Source of the DNA: Pristiophorus japonicus
Taxonomy: Eukaryota
Assembly (NCBI RefSeq): GCF_044704955.1
Contig: NC_091981.1
Location: forward strand, 142,662,001 to 142,726,000
Length of the DNA stretch: 64,000 bases
Direction: 5' to 3'
Shown here in pieces: positions 25,732 to 38,109 of the stretch. Below the pieces are notes generated by a model. That model saw only the letters and a program-made list of their open reading frames with translations, was not told where the DNA came from and did not search any database. The stretch's first letter is position 1, and each line of letters opens with the position of its first letter. A program made the position numbers and the translations under genes.

Positions 25732-27197
25732 TACTGGATCAGTTCCTATGGATTGGAGAGTAGCTAATGTAATCTCACTTTTTTAAAAAGGAGGGAGAGA
25801 GAAAACAGAGAATTATAGACCGGTTAGCCTAGTGGGAAAAATGTTGGAATCAATTAATAAAGATGAAATAGCAGTGCATTTGGAAAGCAGTAACAGGTTC
25901 CGTCCAAGTTAGCATGGATTTATGAAGTGGAAATCATGCTTGTCAAATCTTCTAGAATTGTTTGAGGATGTAACTAGTAGATAGGACAAGGGAAACCAGT
26001 GGATGTGGTGTATTTGGACTTTCAAAAGCTTTTGACAAGGTCCCACACAAGAGATTGTTGTGCAAAATTAAAACACATGGTATTGGGGGTAATGTATTGA
26101 CATGGATAGAGAACTGGTTGGCAGACAGGAAGCAAAGAGTCGGGATAAACGGGAACTTTTCAGAATGGAAGGCAGTGACTATTGGGGTACCGCAAGGATC
26201 AGTGCTGGGACCCCAGTTATTTACAATATACAATAACGATTTAGACAAAGGAATTGAATGTAATATCTCCAAGTTTGCAGATGACACTAAGCTGGATGGC
26301 AGTGTGAGCTGTGAGGAGGATGCTAAGAGGCTGCAGGGTGACTTGGATGGATTAGGTGAGTGGGCGAATGCATGGCAGATGCAGTATAATGTGGATAACT
26401 GTGAGGTTATCCACTTTGGTGGCAAAAACAGGAAGGCATAATATTATCTGAATGGTGACAGATTAGGAAATGGGGAGGTGCAATGAGACCTGGGTGTCAT
26501 GGTACATCAGTCTTTGAAAGTTGGCATTCAGGTACAGCAGGCGGTGAAGAAGGCAAATGGCATGTTGGCCTTCATAGCGAGAAGATTTGAGTATAGGAGC
26601 AGGGTGGTCTTACTGCAGTTGTACAGGACCTTGGTAAGGCCACATCTTGAATATTGTGTCCAGTTTTGGTCTCCTAATCTGAGGAAGAACATTCTTGCTA
26701 TTGAGGGAGTGCAGCGAAGGTTCACCAGACTGATTCCTGGGATGGCAGGACATATGAAGAAAGACTGGATCGACTAGGCATATATTCAATGGAATTTAGA
26801 AAAATGAGGGGGGATTTCACAGAAACATATAAAAATCTGACGGGATTGGACAGGTTAGATGCAGATTAAATGTTCCCGATGTTGGGGAAATCCAGAACCG
26901 GGGTCACAATCCAAGGATAAGGGGTTTGGCCATTTCGGCCCGAGATGAGGAGAAACTTCTTCACTCAGAGAATTGTGAACCTGTGGAATTCTCTATCACA
27001 GAAAGTTGTTGAGTCCAGTTCGTTAGATGTATTCAAAAGGGAGTTAGATGTGGCCCTTACAGCTAAAGGGATCAGGGGGTATAGAGAGAAAGTAGGAATG
27101 GGGTACTAAAGTTGCACGATCAGCCATGATCATATTGAATGGTGGTGCAGTCTCAAAGGGCCGAATGGCCTACTCCTGCACCTATTTTCTATGTTTC
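25732..27197 (+). mobile_element. CR1 LINE (RT to 3' tail) nested in the Harbinger transposase
   Basis: WRVANV, GVPQGSVLGPQLF, KFADDTKL and RPHLEYCVQFWSP; tail cctattttctatgtttc. Confidence 0.92.
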
Positions 27198-27232
27198 CAT
27201 CACTCGTATAATGACAGCCATGCTACCACCAG

Positions 27233-30200
27233 TGTAAAATATCTAGTTACAACAGATACAATGTTACAATAGTTGTTATGTCCTGAATAAAGAATCTGAC
27301 CAGATACTGTAAGCTCAAAGTAACGTGTGACCATAGTCCTTTATTACAGGTCTCCAGAGTGCCTCTCCAGCCTGTGAGGCCTCCTTATGTACAGGTGCTC
27401 CCAAGGGATTGTGGGATCCCTTGGGACTCCAGGGGATGAGCCCTCTGGTGGCTAAACATGGTATTTACAGGTTTATATATATAACAACACTCCCCCCAAA
27501 GTCAATAGTGTAACTATTTACAATGTGAGTCGATCTGGGGCCTTCCTTTCCCTGGTTGATCATCTCGGAGCCAATGCTGGTTTTGGTGAGTCATTTGTTG
27601 TGCCCTCGCTGGGCTGCTGCACAGCTGGCCTTGCTGGGCGTGGTGAGTCCTGCTGGGCTGCTGTGGGTGATGGGTTCTGCCTCGTGGTCAACCGCTGGGT
27701 CGATTCCCACTTGTGTATGTGTGGGAGGGTCCAAAAAGGCAGAGTCTATTGTGGGTTGTTCTGGATAGTCTGTGAATCTGAGTTTTGTTTGGTCCAAGTG
27801 TTACCTGCAGGTGAGTACATTTGAAAGTTTGACCTGAAACACCCTACTCTTTGGCCATGACAGTGCCAGGAAGCCACTTGGGATCTTGTCCATGGTTTAA
27901 CACAAATACAGGATCATTAATCTCGATTTCGCGTGACACATTTGCGCGATCATGATATGTATGCTGTTTGAAGCCGCCTGCTCTCTACCTGTTCGTGTAG
28001 ATCAGGGTGGACTAACGAGAGCCTTGTCTTTAAGTGCCCTTTTCATGAGCAGTTCAGCGGGGGGAACCCTAGTGAGCGAGTGGGGTCTTGTGTGGTAACT
28101 GAGCAGGACTCGGGATAGGCGAGTCTGCAGTGAGCCTTCAGTCACCCTCTTCAAACTCTGCTTGATTGTTTGCACTGCTCTCTCTGCCTGACCATTGGAC
28201 ACTGGTTTGAACGGGGCAGAAGTGACATGTTTGATCCCATTGCGGGTCATGAACTCTTTGAACTTGGCACTGGTGAAGCACGGCCCATTGTTACTCACAA
28301 GGACATCAGGCAGGCTGTGCGTGACAAACATGGCCCGCAGGCTTTCAATGGTGGCAGCAGATGTGCTTGCCGACATTATCTCATATTCAATCCATTTGGA
28401 GTACGCATCTACAACCACAAGGAACATTTTTACCAAGAATGGGCCTGCATAGTCGACATGGACCCTGGACCACGATTTGGAGGGCCAGGACCATAAACTT
28501 AGTGGCGCCTCCCTGGGTGCATTGCGTAACTGTGAACATGTGTTACATTTGTACACGCAGAACTCTAAGTCCACATCGATACCGGGCCACCACACGTGAG
28601 ATCTGGCTATCGCTTACATCATTACCATGCCTGGGTGGGTACTGCGGAGGTCACTAATGAAAGTGTCCCTGCCCTTTTTTGGCACCACTACACGATTACC
28701 CCATAGGAGGCAGTCTACCTGTATGGACATTTCATCTCTGCGCCACTGGTATGGCTTTATTTCTTCCTGCATCTCGAGCGGGACACTAGACCAATTCCCA
28801 TGGCGCACACAGTTTTTTTTACTAAGGACAGTAAGGGGTCCTGGCTCATCCAGGTTCTAACCTGTCAGGCGGTAACAGGTGATTGCTCACTCTCGAATGC
28901 TTCCATTATCATAACTAAATCTGCAGGCTGTGCCATCTCCCTCCCTGTGGTGGCAATGGCAGTCTACTGAGGGCATCGGCACAGTTTTCTGTGCCTGGCC
29001 AGTGGCGGATGGCGTAATTGTGACAACGTGAGCGTCCATCTCTGGATGCGGGCCGATGCATTAGTATTTATCCCCTTACTTTCAGAAAAGAGGGATATAA
29101 GTGGCTTATGGTCAGTTTCCAATTCAAATTTGAGCCCAAACAGATATTGATGCATTTTCTTTACCCCATAAACACATGCTAACGCTTCTTTTTCAATCAT
29201 GCTGTCGGCCCTCTCAGCCTTAGACAGACTTCTGGATGCATAAGCAACCAGTTGCAATTTCCCAAAATCATTAGCTTGTTGCAATACATCTGACCCCGTA
29301 TGATGACGCATCACATGCTAGTACCAAACGCTTACAGTTTTCTGGCTTTCTCAGGCATTTTCTTGGCTTTTATCCCATACCCATTCATCTCCTTTACGCA
29401 GTAAAGAATGCGGTGGTTCTAACAGTGTGCTAAGACCCGGTAAGAAGCTACCAAAGTAGTTCGTGAGTCCTAGAAACGACCGTAGCTCTGTCACGTTCTG
29501 TGGTCTCGGTGCGTTCTTGATTGCCTCCGTCTTCAGATCGGTGGGCCTGATGCCACCCGCCGCGATTCTTCTCCGCAGGAACTCCACTTTAGGCACCAGG
29601 AAAATGCACTTCGAGCGTTTTAACCTGAGCCCCACACGATTGAGCCTCCTCCAGGTTCTGCAGGTGCTCAACGGTGTCCCGACCTGTAACCAAGATGTCG
29701 TCCTGGAAGACCACCGTGCGCAGGACCAACTTCAGCAAGCTTTCCATGTTCCTCTAGAATATTGCCGCAAATGATCGAATCCCAAACGGGCACCTGTTGT
29801 AAATGAAGAGACCTTTGTGCATGTTGATGCAGGTGAGGCCCTTCGATGATTCCTCCAGCTCCTGCATCATGCAGGCCGAGGCAAAGTCCAGCTTCGTGAA
29901 CATTTTTCCTCCCGCCAGCATCACAAATAGGTCATCTGCCTTTGGTAGCAGGTATTGATCCTGCAAGGAGAAACGATTGATAATTACTTTGTAATCACTA
30001 CAGATTCTGACGGTGCCGTCTTCCTTGAGGACTGGAACAATCGGACTGGCCCACTAGTTGAATTCGATCGGCAACATGATGCCCTCTCATTGCAGCCGGT
30101 CCAGCTTGAACTCCACCCTCTCTCTCATCATGTACGGTACCGCTATCGTCTTGTGATGGATGGGTCGCGCCTCCGGAATCAAATGGATCTGTACTTTCGC

Positions 30201-31871
30201 TCCTTGGAACTTCCCGATGCCCGGTTCGAACAGTGAGGGGAACTTGTTTAAGACATGGGCACATGAAGTGTCATCGACTGACGAGAGCGCTCGGACATCG
30301 TCCCAGTTCCAGCGTAACTTTCCCAGCCAGCTCCTGCCGAACAGCATGGGGCCATCACTTGGTATCACCCAGAGTGGTAATTTGTGCACCGCTCCATCGT
30401 AGGAGACCTTTACGGTTACACTGCCAATTACGGGAATCAGTTCCTTTGTGTACGTTCTCAGTTTAGTGCGAATGGGAGTCATGACTGGCATTGACGCCTT
30501 GCTGCACCACAGTTTATTGAAAGTCTTTTTGCTCATTATGGACTGGCTCGTGCCCGTGTCCAGCTCTATTGACACCGGGAGTCCATTTAATTCAACCTTC
30601 AGCAATCACTTTGTAGTAAATGTGCGCACCCCATATACCTCTGCCTCCTCAGGCTCTGGTTCATCGTGATCCACCGTGAATCTGTCCTCCTCTGCAACAT
30701 GGTGGTTTGCAGGATTAGCAGGGTTTCAGCTCGCCTGCACATATGTTGGAGGTGTCGCATTGTTCCACAGCCCTTGCAAATGTATCCCTTGAAGCAGCAT
30801 GAATGGAAGTGATGCTCACCTCCGCAGTGCCAGCAAGGTGTTAATGGCTTTGCATTCACCACCCTTGATGGACTCAGACATCTGCGGATGTGCAGCTGCA
30901 GGCATGTGAGTCCTGCCCTGTACGTTATGATTTAAAAACAACATTACTTTGTTCACAGTACTAGCCATGGCACTCGTGTGCTGAAAGATTTGTTTGGTAT
31001 TTGCGAAGTATTACTTCATGGCCAATGCCAAGTAAAAGAAGTCCCTGAGCATTTTCTCCAAGTGTCCTTCAAATTCACAATGTCCTGCAAGGTGCCTTAG
31101 CTCGGCGACATAGCTCGCCACTTCCTGACCTTCAGACCTCTTGTATGTGTCGAACCGGTACCTCGCCATCAGAACGCCTTTGGCTTTAGATGCTCCCGGA
31201 CCAGTTTGCATAAATCATCATACGCCTTCTCTATGGGTTTCGCTGGAGCAAGCATATTTTTCATGAGACCATACGTTGGTGCCCCACAAACGGTGAGGAG
31301 AAACGCCCTTCGTTTGGCAGCATTCGCTTCTCCTTCCAGCTCATTGGCCACGAAGTATTAGTCGAGTCGCTCCACGAAGGTCCCTAAAATTCCCCTTCCG
31401 TCGCAGGTGGTCATCAGTATCAGCACTAGTTACAACAGATACGATGTTACAATAATGATTTATGAAAAGTTATACTTATTACTTTCCTCTGGCTGGCTGA
31501 AAACATGGCCTGCTGTTTCGGCTGGTCTTTGAGCGAGCATTTTGCCGTGTGCCCAGGAGAGAAGGAGAGATGGAGCAATCTGTCCTTGGGTTTTTATATT
31601 CCTTAAGTCCATTATTCCTCCAAAAGCCTCAGGATTGGACCTTGGTTCCAGGGCAGTTCCTTATTGGCTCTCCTCACTCATGTGTCTGCTTGACTGGCCC
31701 AGCCATCCCTTGATTAGGTTTAATGGCATTACAATTAACACAATGCACACACAGCATACTGGAGGTCTGTGAGCTTTGAATCTTTCAAAACTGTCTTTTC
31801 GTATAGTCTACACTTTCAACATTTATACATACACAGAATCAATTTTATTTCTGAACACTTTTATTCTTACA
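27233..31871 (-). mobile_element. Solo LTR-like element (TGTAAAAT...ATTCTTACA) with a 4-bp TSD, itself interrupted by a Gypsy
   Basis: CCAG at 27229-27232 and 31872-31875. Removing the insert rejoins the transposase frame SHATT-RNIIEQ. A 29-bp repeat (27243-27271 / 31426-31454) brackets the nested Gypsy. Confidence 0.65.
27274..31385 (-). mobile_element. Gypsy LTR retrotransposon (same superfamily as 6768 and 52748); 3' LTR 27274-27486, 5' LTR missing
   Basis: Gag (ANELEGEANAAKRRAFLLTVCG), PR (IELDTG), RT, RNaseH and INT (WWPGID, RVHVDYAGPF, NGQAERAVQTIK). PPT acactcccccc (plus strand) abuts the LTR. Confidence 0.92.
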
Positions 31872-32372
31872 CCAGGAACATCATTGAACAGACCATCGGA
31901 GTGCTCAACTAAAGGTTCCCCTGCTCGGGAGCAGTCTTCCAGTACTCGGCGGAGCGGGTGTCTCTTTTGTCGTCATCTGCTGCATGCTGCACAAACTGGC
32001 CATCATGAGGGCACAGCCATTGCCACGCGGCATAGCTCCACCACATCAGGAGGAGGAGAATGAGGAGGAGGAGGAGGACAGGATGAGGATGAGGAGGAAC
32101 AAGAGCAGGAGCAGGAACAGCAGCCACAGAGGAGGCAGCCACTCAATCGGTCTTCCGGAAGGGCGATCCACTACTGCCTCATCAGACTTCATTTCCAATG
32201 AATTCCAGGCCACTTCCTGGTTGCTCAGCACATCCCTATCAATACAACAATTTCTCATTCCATACCATACCTCAAAACTGAAATGAGAGACACCACCAAA
32301 TGTGCAACATTCCAATAACAAATTTATCTGAAAACATTAACCACATATATACACAACAACAAAATTTACTAA

Positions 32373-34218
32373 TCATCCTTGTTGCAAACCCTTACTTCCC
32401 CTCTTAACACTGCCTTTTCCTATTCTACTTCTCCTAAGTAGTGTCTCCCTAGTCACTGCAACACAGCTGGTGGAAGGCTGCTGAGTGTCAGGGCCAGAGA
32501 CTACAGATGACCTTGTAGGACATTCTCGATCAACTCTGGGCCTAGAAGGCCCAACTGTAGACTGCACCACTTCAGTCTGGATGGCGGCAGTCTGTGCTGG
32601 CTGGATGACAGGCAGCGACAAGTGCAATGGCGAAGTGGCAGTAGTGGGATCAGGAATGCTGTCATCCTGAGAGAGGACAGCAAGTTCCTGTTCCACTGAC
32701 CCACTGCCATTCCCTTGGGGCAGCACCTCAGCATCCCTACCAATCTGCTGGAGCACAGATTGGTGGCCTGCTGCGACGCAGTGAGATCCTCGGTGGACTG
32801 TGGTGGAACCAGCGACGATAGCAGCAATCAGAGCTTGCATGGCATCCAGCTGAGACTGCATGGGAGCAGTCTGAGACTTCATGCCAGCAACCATTGTCTG
32901 CATTACATCCCTAAGACATTGCATTGCTTCCGCCTGTGCTGCAATGGAAGCTGTCACATTGCCCATGACACGAGTCTTGAGGTCTGGGTCCCCTTGGTCT
33001 TTCTGGGCATTCACTATCATCTGCAGACTGGAAATGATGGGCTCCATGGTGTGCACAGACCTCTGCAATGCTGGAGGTGGTTTCCTCCATTGCTGAAAGG
33101 CTCTTGGGAATCCTTGCCATTGCACCTATCATCTTGGAATGCATGGCCATCATCACCCTTGTGTACACATCCCCATCGAGGTCCTCATCTGAGTCCTGTG
33201 CAGCAGAAACCACAAGTGAAATCGCCCTCCAGGGAGCTGGCTTCCAAGGTACCCTTTCCATTTGGCATTCCGGCAGCCCACTCATATCTAGTGCATCACC
33301 CAGTGCAGACCCCTCCGCTAAGCTTTCCTCTAACAATCACGTAGTGCCAGTCTGTGGTGGTGCCTGTGGGTGAGAGATGCAGTGACATGGTGCTTTGCTC
33401 CTCCTCCTCATCTCCTTTCTCACCCTCAGTAGGTGGCTCAGGGATAGGCTGCTCATCTGGTTGCTGATTATCTGAAAGCAGAAAGGCGCAAGACTTGTGT
33501 TAAGGTGAGGGCAGGGGGGCAGGAATGGAACCAGGAATACAGATATTATCAGGAGCTGGAAAGTGATAAAGGCTTGTGGTGTGCTTTGGAAATGGGATGA
33601 GTAAAGCAGAGGGGATGAGGCAACTATTGTTGTCACCCGACAGCCATGGTGCCCACCATCTGCTGCCCAATGAATCAAGGCACTCGCTCCACCAAGTCTG
33701 AGAGCTATTGGAGCTGAGCTTCACCCTTTACTGTGTTCTGCTGCTGCCTTCTATTGTGGGCAATCTTGGCCTGCAAACGAAACAAATGTGTATGAGTCAG
33801 AGTTCAGCTATGTGTCTGGGAGATATGCCTGCCATCATTGAATAGCTGTGATTGTAGTCAAGGCTTGAGATGTGGAGATGAGTTTGAGTAGGTGCAGATG
33901 TTTGGTGATTGAGTGGAGGGATTTTGGTACTTTGCGCAGTGTACACAGACAGAGGTTCAGATGCTGGTATGTAGGACCTGAAGTATGTACTCACCTTGAC
34001 CACCCGACTGAGGTCGGTGAATTTTTTACGATACTGGGTCAGGCTGCATTGCACGACATTACTGGCTGAGATGTCCTCTGCCACTTTCCTCCACATTGCC
34101 CTGAAGGCCTGGGGCAATGATGTCCTTCCACTAGCTGGGAACACCAATGCCTCCCTTGCCATGTCTGTGAAGCGACGAGCTCTTTCCTGGGATTGGGATT
34201 GGGATCAGCCATTGCCAT
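32373..34218 (-). pseudogene. Harbinger Myb/SANT-like DNA-binding gene, multi-exon, degenerate
   Basis: Exon 1 reads ...FPASGR...AMWRKVAEDIS...TQYRKKFTDLSRVVK|GTGAGT (donor at 33994). Acceptor tttgcAG at about 33771; last exon is a low-complexity coiled region (ORF 32373-33125). Confidence 0.7.
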
Positions 34219-35270
34219 CAGGTGATTAATTTCCTCCAAGGTCACCTTCAGGTCCAAGAATGCTGGAAATGAGCAGCTGCACATTGATACAACCTCGCCT
34301 TTAAGAGCTGGAATGAGTCTGTGTGAAGGATGGAAGTATGGAAGTATCATTCCTGAATGCAATACACCTGAAATTAGCATTCCTGTTGCTCCCCACTGAG
34401 GTAATTAGTGCTTAATTTAACACCTCTCTTCTTCCTGGGACACTAAAGCTCAATTTAGTAGAAGATCAGATTCATTAGCGCCTGGCACTAAATTTTCAAT
34501 GTTTCAACAGTTAGCAAATTTTTCTCCCATAGTATTTGACTTGGGGACAGAGAAATTAAACACATTTATTAAATTCTTGTAATATATACCATGGCATTGT
34601 TCATGAAGAAGAATTGTCTCTATCCTGTAGAAAAAAAATCTTAGCTGTTCATAGGAATTAATTTTTAATGAGCAAACAATTAAAACTAACTGAAACATGC
34701 ATATGTAGGGTCATTAATCAGAGGTTAATTTACATGACAAAGCTACTTTCTATATTAATTGATAAAGATCAGCACTTAATTTTAATCATAATTGTAATAT
34801 CTTACTTCAATATATCTATACATTGATTTAATTAAATCTGTATAATATTTAAAAAATCTTGCCTATGGTGCACACTTATTATACACATTAACCATAATTC
34901 CTGTGTTATGCTCCTACAATAGAAAACCCTTTGGTCAGCACAGCACAAAACATATGTAAACATATCAACATTTAGAATATGCAATCCCTATCTAAATATA
35001 TCAACATTTCATTGTCATGATTGGTTGTTGAAACAATCTTCTGAAATTACTAATGTCCCAATAAGGTTATAATTAAAATCAAAATTAAAAAAAAATATCT
35101 ATTTCACTATAACTTAATTAATTGTATTTATTGAATTTTTTATGACTTTTAATATTTTTATTAACTTGTTTAGTTGAAGGTCTTTGCCAGTCCTAAAAGT
35201 TTGGGATTGGGCAACATATTTCTGCCCTGAGCAGTGACATTTTTAGCTGAAAGCAGATCCTACAGTCTAA

Positions 35271-35384
35271 GGGACCGAAATTGCCCACCACCTGAAACGA
35301 AACGCACCTACCGGTTTTGAGGTGTTCTGGCAATTCTGCTTTCAGGCAGCCAGAAGCGTTATCGGAAGGGTCAATTTTGGCCCT
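35271..35384. mobile_element. Very short Harbinger MITE (114 bp)
   Basis: TIRs GGGACCGAAATTG / CAATTTTGGCCCT with TSD TAA on both sides. Confidence 0.75.
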
Positions 35385-36065
35385 TAAATGTATGCAGTGT
35401 GCATCTGATGTACCTTTAGTAGATGTAAAAATATACTACGTAAACTTCAGAACTGAAACAAATATAGTCAAACTAATGTTCCTCATCCTAATTTGAGTTT
35501 TTTTGGAAAAACAATCAGTAGTATTTAGAGACCAAATAGAAATCTTTCACAACTGTGAAGTGATATATTATGGTAGGAAGAATGAGGATAGGTGTTAGAA
35601 TTTGCTTTGTGTCTAGTGTCCCATCAACGTTAATCACATCTTGAGATCATTGTCAGAAAAGGAAAAAATCAAAGGTTAGCTGAAACAATGGAGGGACAGA
35701 AAACTGATAAATCGACCAGCCAGTCTTCACATTAACTATCCGGGATTGTCCAGGGCATCGCCTGTTCCTTTTTAATGTCAAGCGGGAAACATCAGATTAA
35801 AGTAATTAGCAGTTACACCATCAAGACGGCCATTATGTCAAGGTCTGGAAGTTTGGTGAGAAGGAACCTCACTTCAATAAATATTCTGGGCATCATGTGA
35901 TATGACTCACAATGAAAGGGGAAGGTCCTTCAGGGATGCATAGAAAGTCTTTTGGACATGTGATAGATGTGTAAAGAGGATTACATAAGAACGGGTAGCA
36001 CCCAACAGATAGTTAGAGCTCACGGGACAGTCGGATGTCCAACACCTATGGAAGCCAAGCTTGAT

Positions 36066-37012
36066 CATAGAAACATAGAAACATAGAAAATAGGTGCAGG
36101 AGTAGGCCATTCGGCCCTTCGAACCTGCACCGCCATTCAATGAGTTCATGGCTGAACATGCAACTTCAGTACCCATTTCCTGCTTTTTCGCCATACCCCT
36201 TGATCCCCCTAGTAGTAAGGACTACATCTAACTCCTTTTTGAATATATTTAGTGAATTGGCCTCAACAACTTTCTGTGGTAGAAAATTCCACAGGTTCAC
36301 CACTCTCTGGGTGAAGAAGTTTCTCCTCATCTCGGTCCTAAATGGCTTACCCCTTGTCCTTAGACTGTGACCCCTGGTTCTGGACTTCCCCAACATTGGG
36401 AACATTCTTCCTGCATCTAATCTGTCTAAACCCATCAGAATTTTAAACATTTCTATGAGATCCCCTCTCATTCTTCTGAACTCCAGTGAATACAAGCCCA
36501 GTTGATCCAGTCTTTCTTGATAGGTCAGTCCCGCCATCCCGGGAATCAGTCTGGTGAACCTTCGCTGCACTCCCTCAATAGCAAGAATGTCCTTCAAGTT
36601 AGGAGACCAAAACTGTACACAATACTCCAGGTGTGGCCTCACCAAGGCCCTGTACAACTGTAGCAATACCTCCCTGCCCCTGTACTCAAATCCCCTCGCT
36701 ATGAAGGCCAACATGCCATTTGCTTTCTTAACCGCCTGCTGTACCTGCTTGCCAACCTTCAATGACTGATGTACCATGACACCCAGGTCTCGTTGCACCT
36801 CCCCTTTTCCTAATCTGCCACCATTCAGATAATAGTCTGTGTCTCTGTTTTTACCACCAAAGTGGATAACCTCACATTTATCCACATTATACTTCATCTG
36901 CCATGCATTTGCCCACTCACCTAACCTATCCAAGTCACTCTGCAGCCTCATAGCATCCTCCTCGCAGCTCACACTGCCACCCAACTTAGTGTCATCCGCA
37001 AATTTGGAGATA
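36066..37012 (-). mobile_element. Young 5'-truncated CR1 LINE
   Basis: Uninterrupted 272-aa ORF2 C-terminus (36166-36984) and a (TTTCTATG)n tail. The 3' part is nearly identical to 61992-62247. Confidence 0.95.
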
Positions 37013-37179
37013 TCACCTTAGGTCTGCAGGAAATCAGGTTGTATGGATCTATTGTATAACCATAATAGCTATTGTATTATTGGTGTCTGAGAAATAAACT
37101 TGCATTTGGACAATACGCTCCAGTCTGAAGCACGAGGAATCATTTAATTGAGTTTCAAGCAATTTCCTTACAATAGGCA

Positions 37180-37915
37180 CTGTGAACTAAATGGTACAAT
37201 TTTAAAGGCGGTGCAGGAACAGAGAGACCTGGGGGTGTATGTACACAAATCTTTTTAAAGGTGGCAGGGCAAGTTGAGGTGTGTTCAAAAACTTAAGGAA
37301 TCCTCGGTTTTAATAATAGAGGAATAGAGTACAAAAGCAAGGAAGGTACTCTAAATCTTTATAAAACACTGGTTAGGCCTCAGCTGGAGTATTGTGTTCA
37401 ATTCTGGGCACTACAATTTAGGAAGGATGTCAAGGCCTTAGAGAGAGTGTAGAAGAGATTTACAAGAATAGTACCGGGTGAAGGACTTCAGTTAGATGGA
37501 GAGACTGGAGAATCTGAAGTTGTTCTCCTTAGAGCAGAGAAGGTTAAGAGAAGATTTGATTGAGATATTCAAAATTATGAACATTTTTGATTGAGTAATA
37601 AGGAGAAGGATCTATAACCAGGCGACACAGATTTAAGGTGATTGGCAAAAGAATCAGAGGCGACACGAGGAAACATTTTTTTACAAAAGCGTATTCTTAT
37701 GATCTGCAATGCACTGCCTGAAAAGGTGGTGGAAGCAGATTCAATAGTAATTTTCAAAAGAGAATTGGATAAATATGTGTAGGGAAAAGCATTACAGAGC
37801 TATGGGGAAAGGGCAGGGGAGTGGGACTAATTGGAGAGTGCCATCAAAGAGCCAACACAGACATGATGGGTCGAATGGCCTCCTTCTGTGCTGAATCATT
37901 CGATGATTCGATGAT
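37180..37915 (+). mobile_element. Degenerate CR1 3' fragment (different subfamily)
   Basis: ctggttaggcctcagctggagtattgtgttcaattctgg, gcactgcctgaaaaggtggtggaagcag, and tail ttcgatgattcgatga. Confidence 0.82.
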
Positions 37916-38109
37916 TTATCACCAAATTGTTGCCTCTATTTTATTGGTAGTTAGAAAATATAAAAAATCTAATTACACCTGTAATAGGGAGGGCAGAGAA
38001 GTACAGAGATATGAGAGAGACAGCGAGGTGAAAGAGAGAAACAGATAGATTGTCTTTGAGTTTTTGAAATAAATGATTTGAATTTTGACAACAAACGATG
38101 CCTTGAATT

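Larger units (their letters stand above)
24960..32200 (+). pseudogene. Harbinger DDE transposase (HARBI1-like), split: about 24960-25730, 27200-27232 and 31876-32200
   Basis: LSVAVKVTIALNFYASGSF, FARIAGF, RNRKGYHSLNVQLVCDH, YNDSHATT|RNIIEQTIGVL, CMLHKLAIMR and an acidic tail. Stops and frameshifts are present. Confidence 0.82.
24488..34528. mobile_element. Formerly autonomous PIF/Harbinger transposon with nested CR1, LTR and Gypsy insertions
   Basis: TIRs GGGGGAGAAATT / AATTTTTCTCCC with TSD ATA on both sides. Contains a convergent HARBI1-like transposase (+) and Myb-like gene (-). Confidence 0.8.

Noticed and set aside
32373-33125. 250-aa ORF as an independent novel gene
   Set aside because: It lies within the Harbinger TIRs as the last exon of its Myb-like gene.
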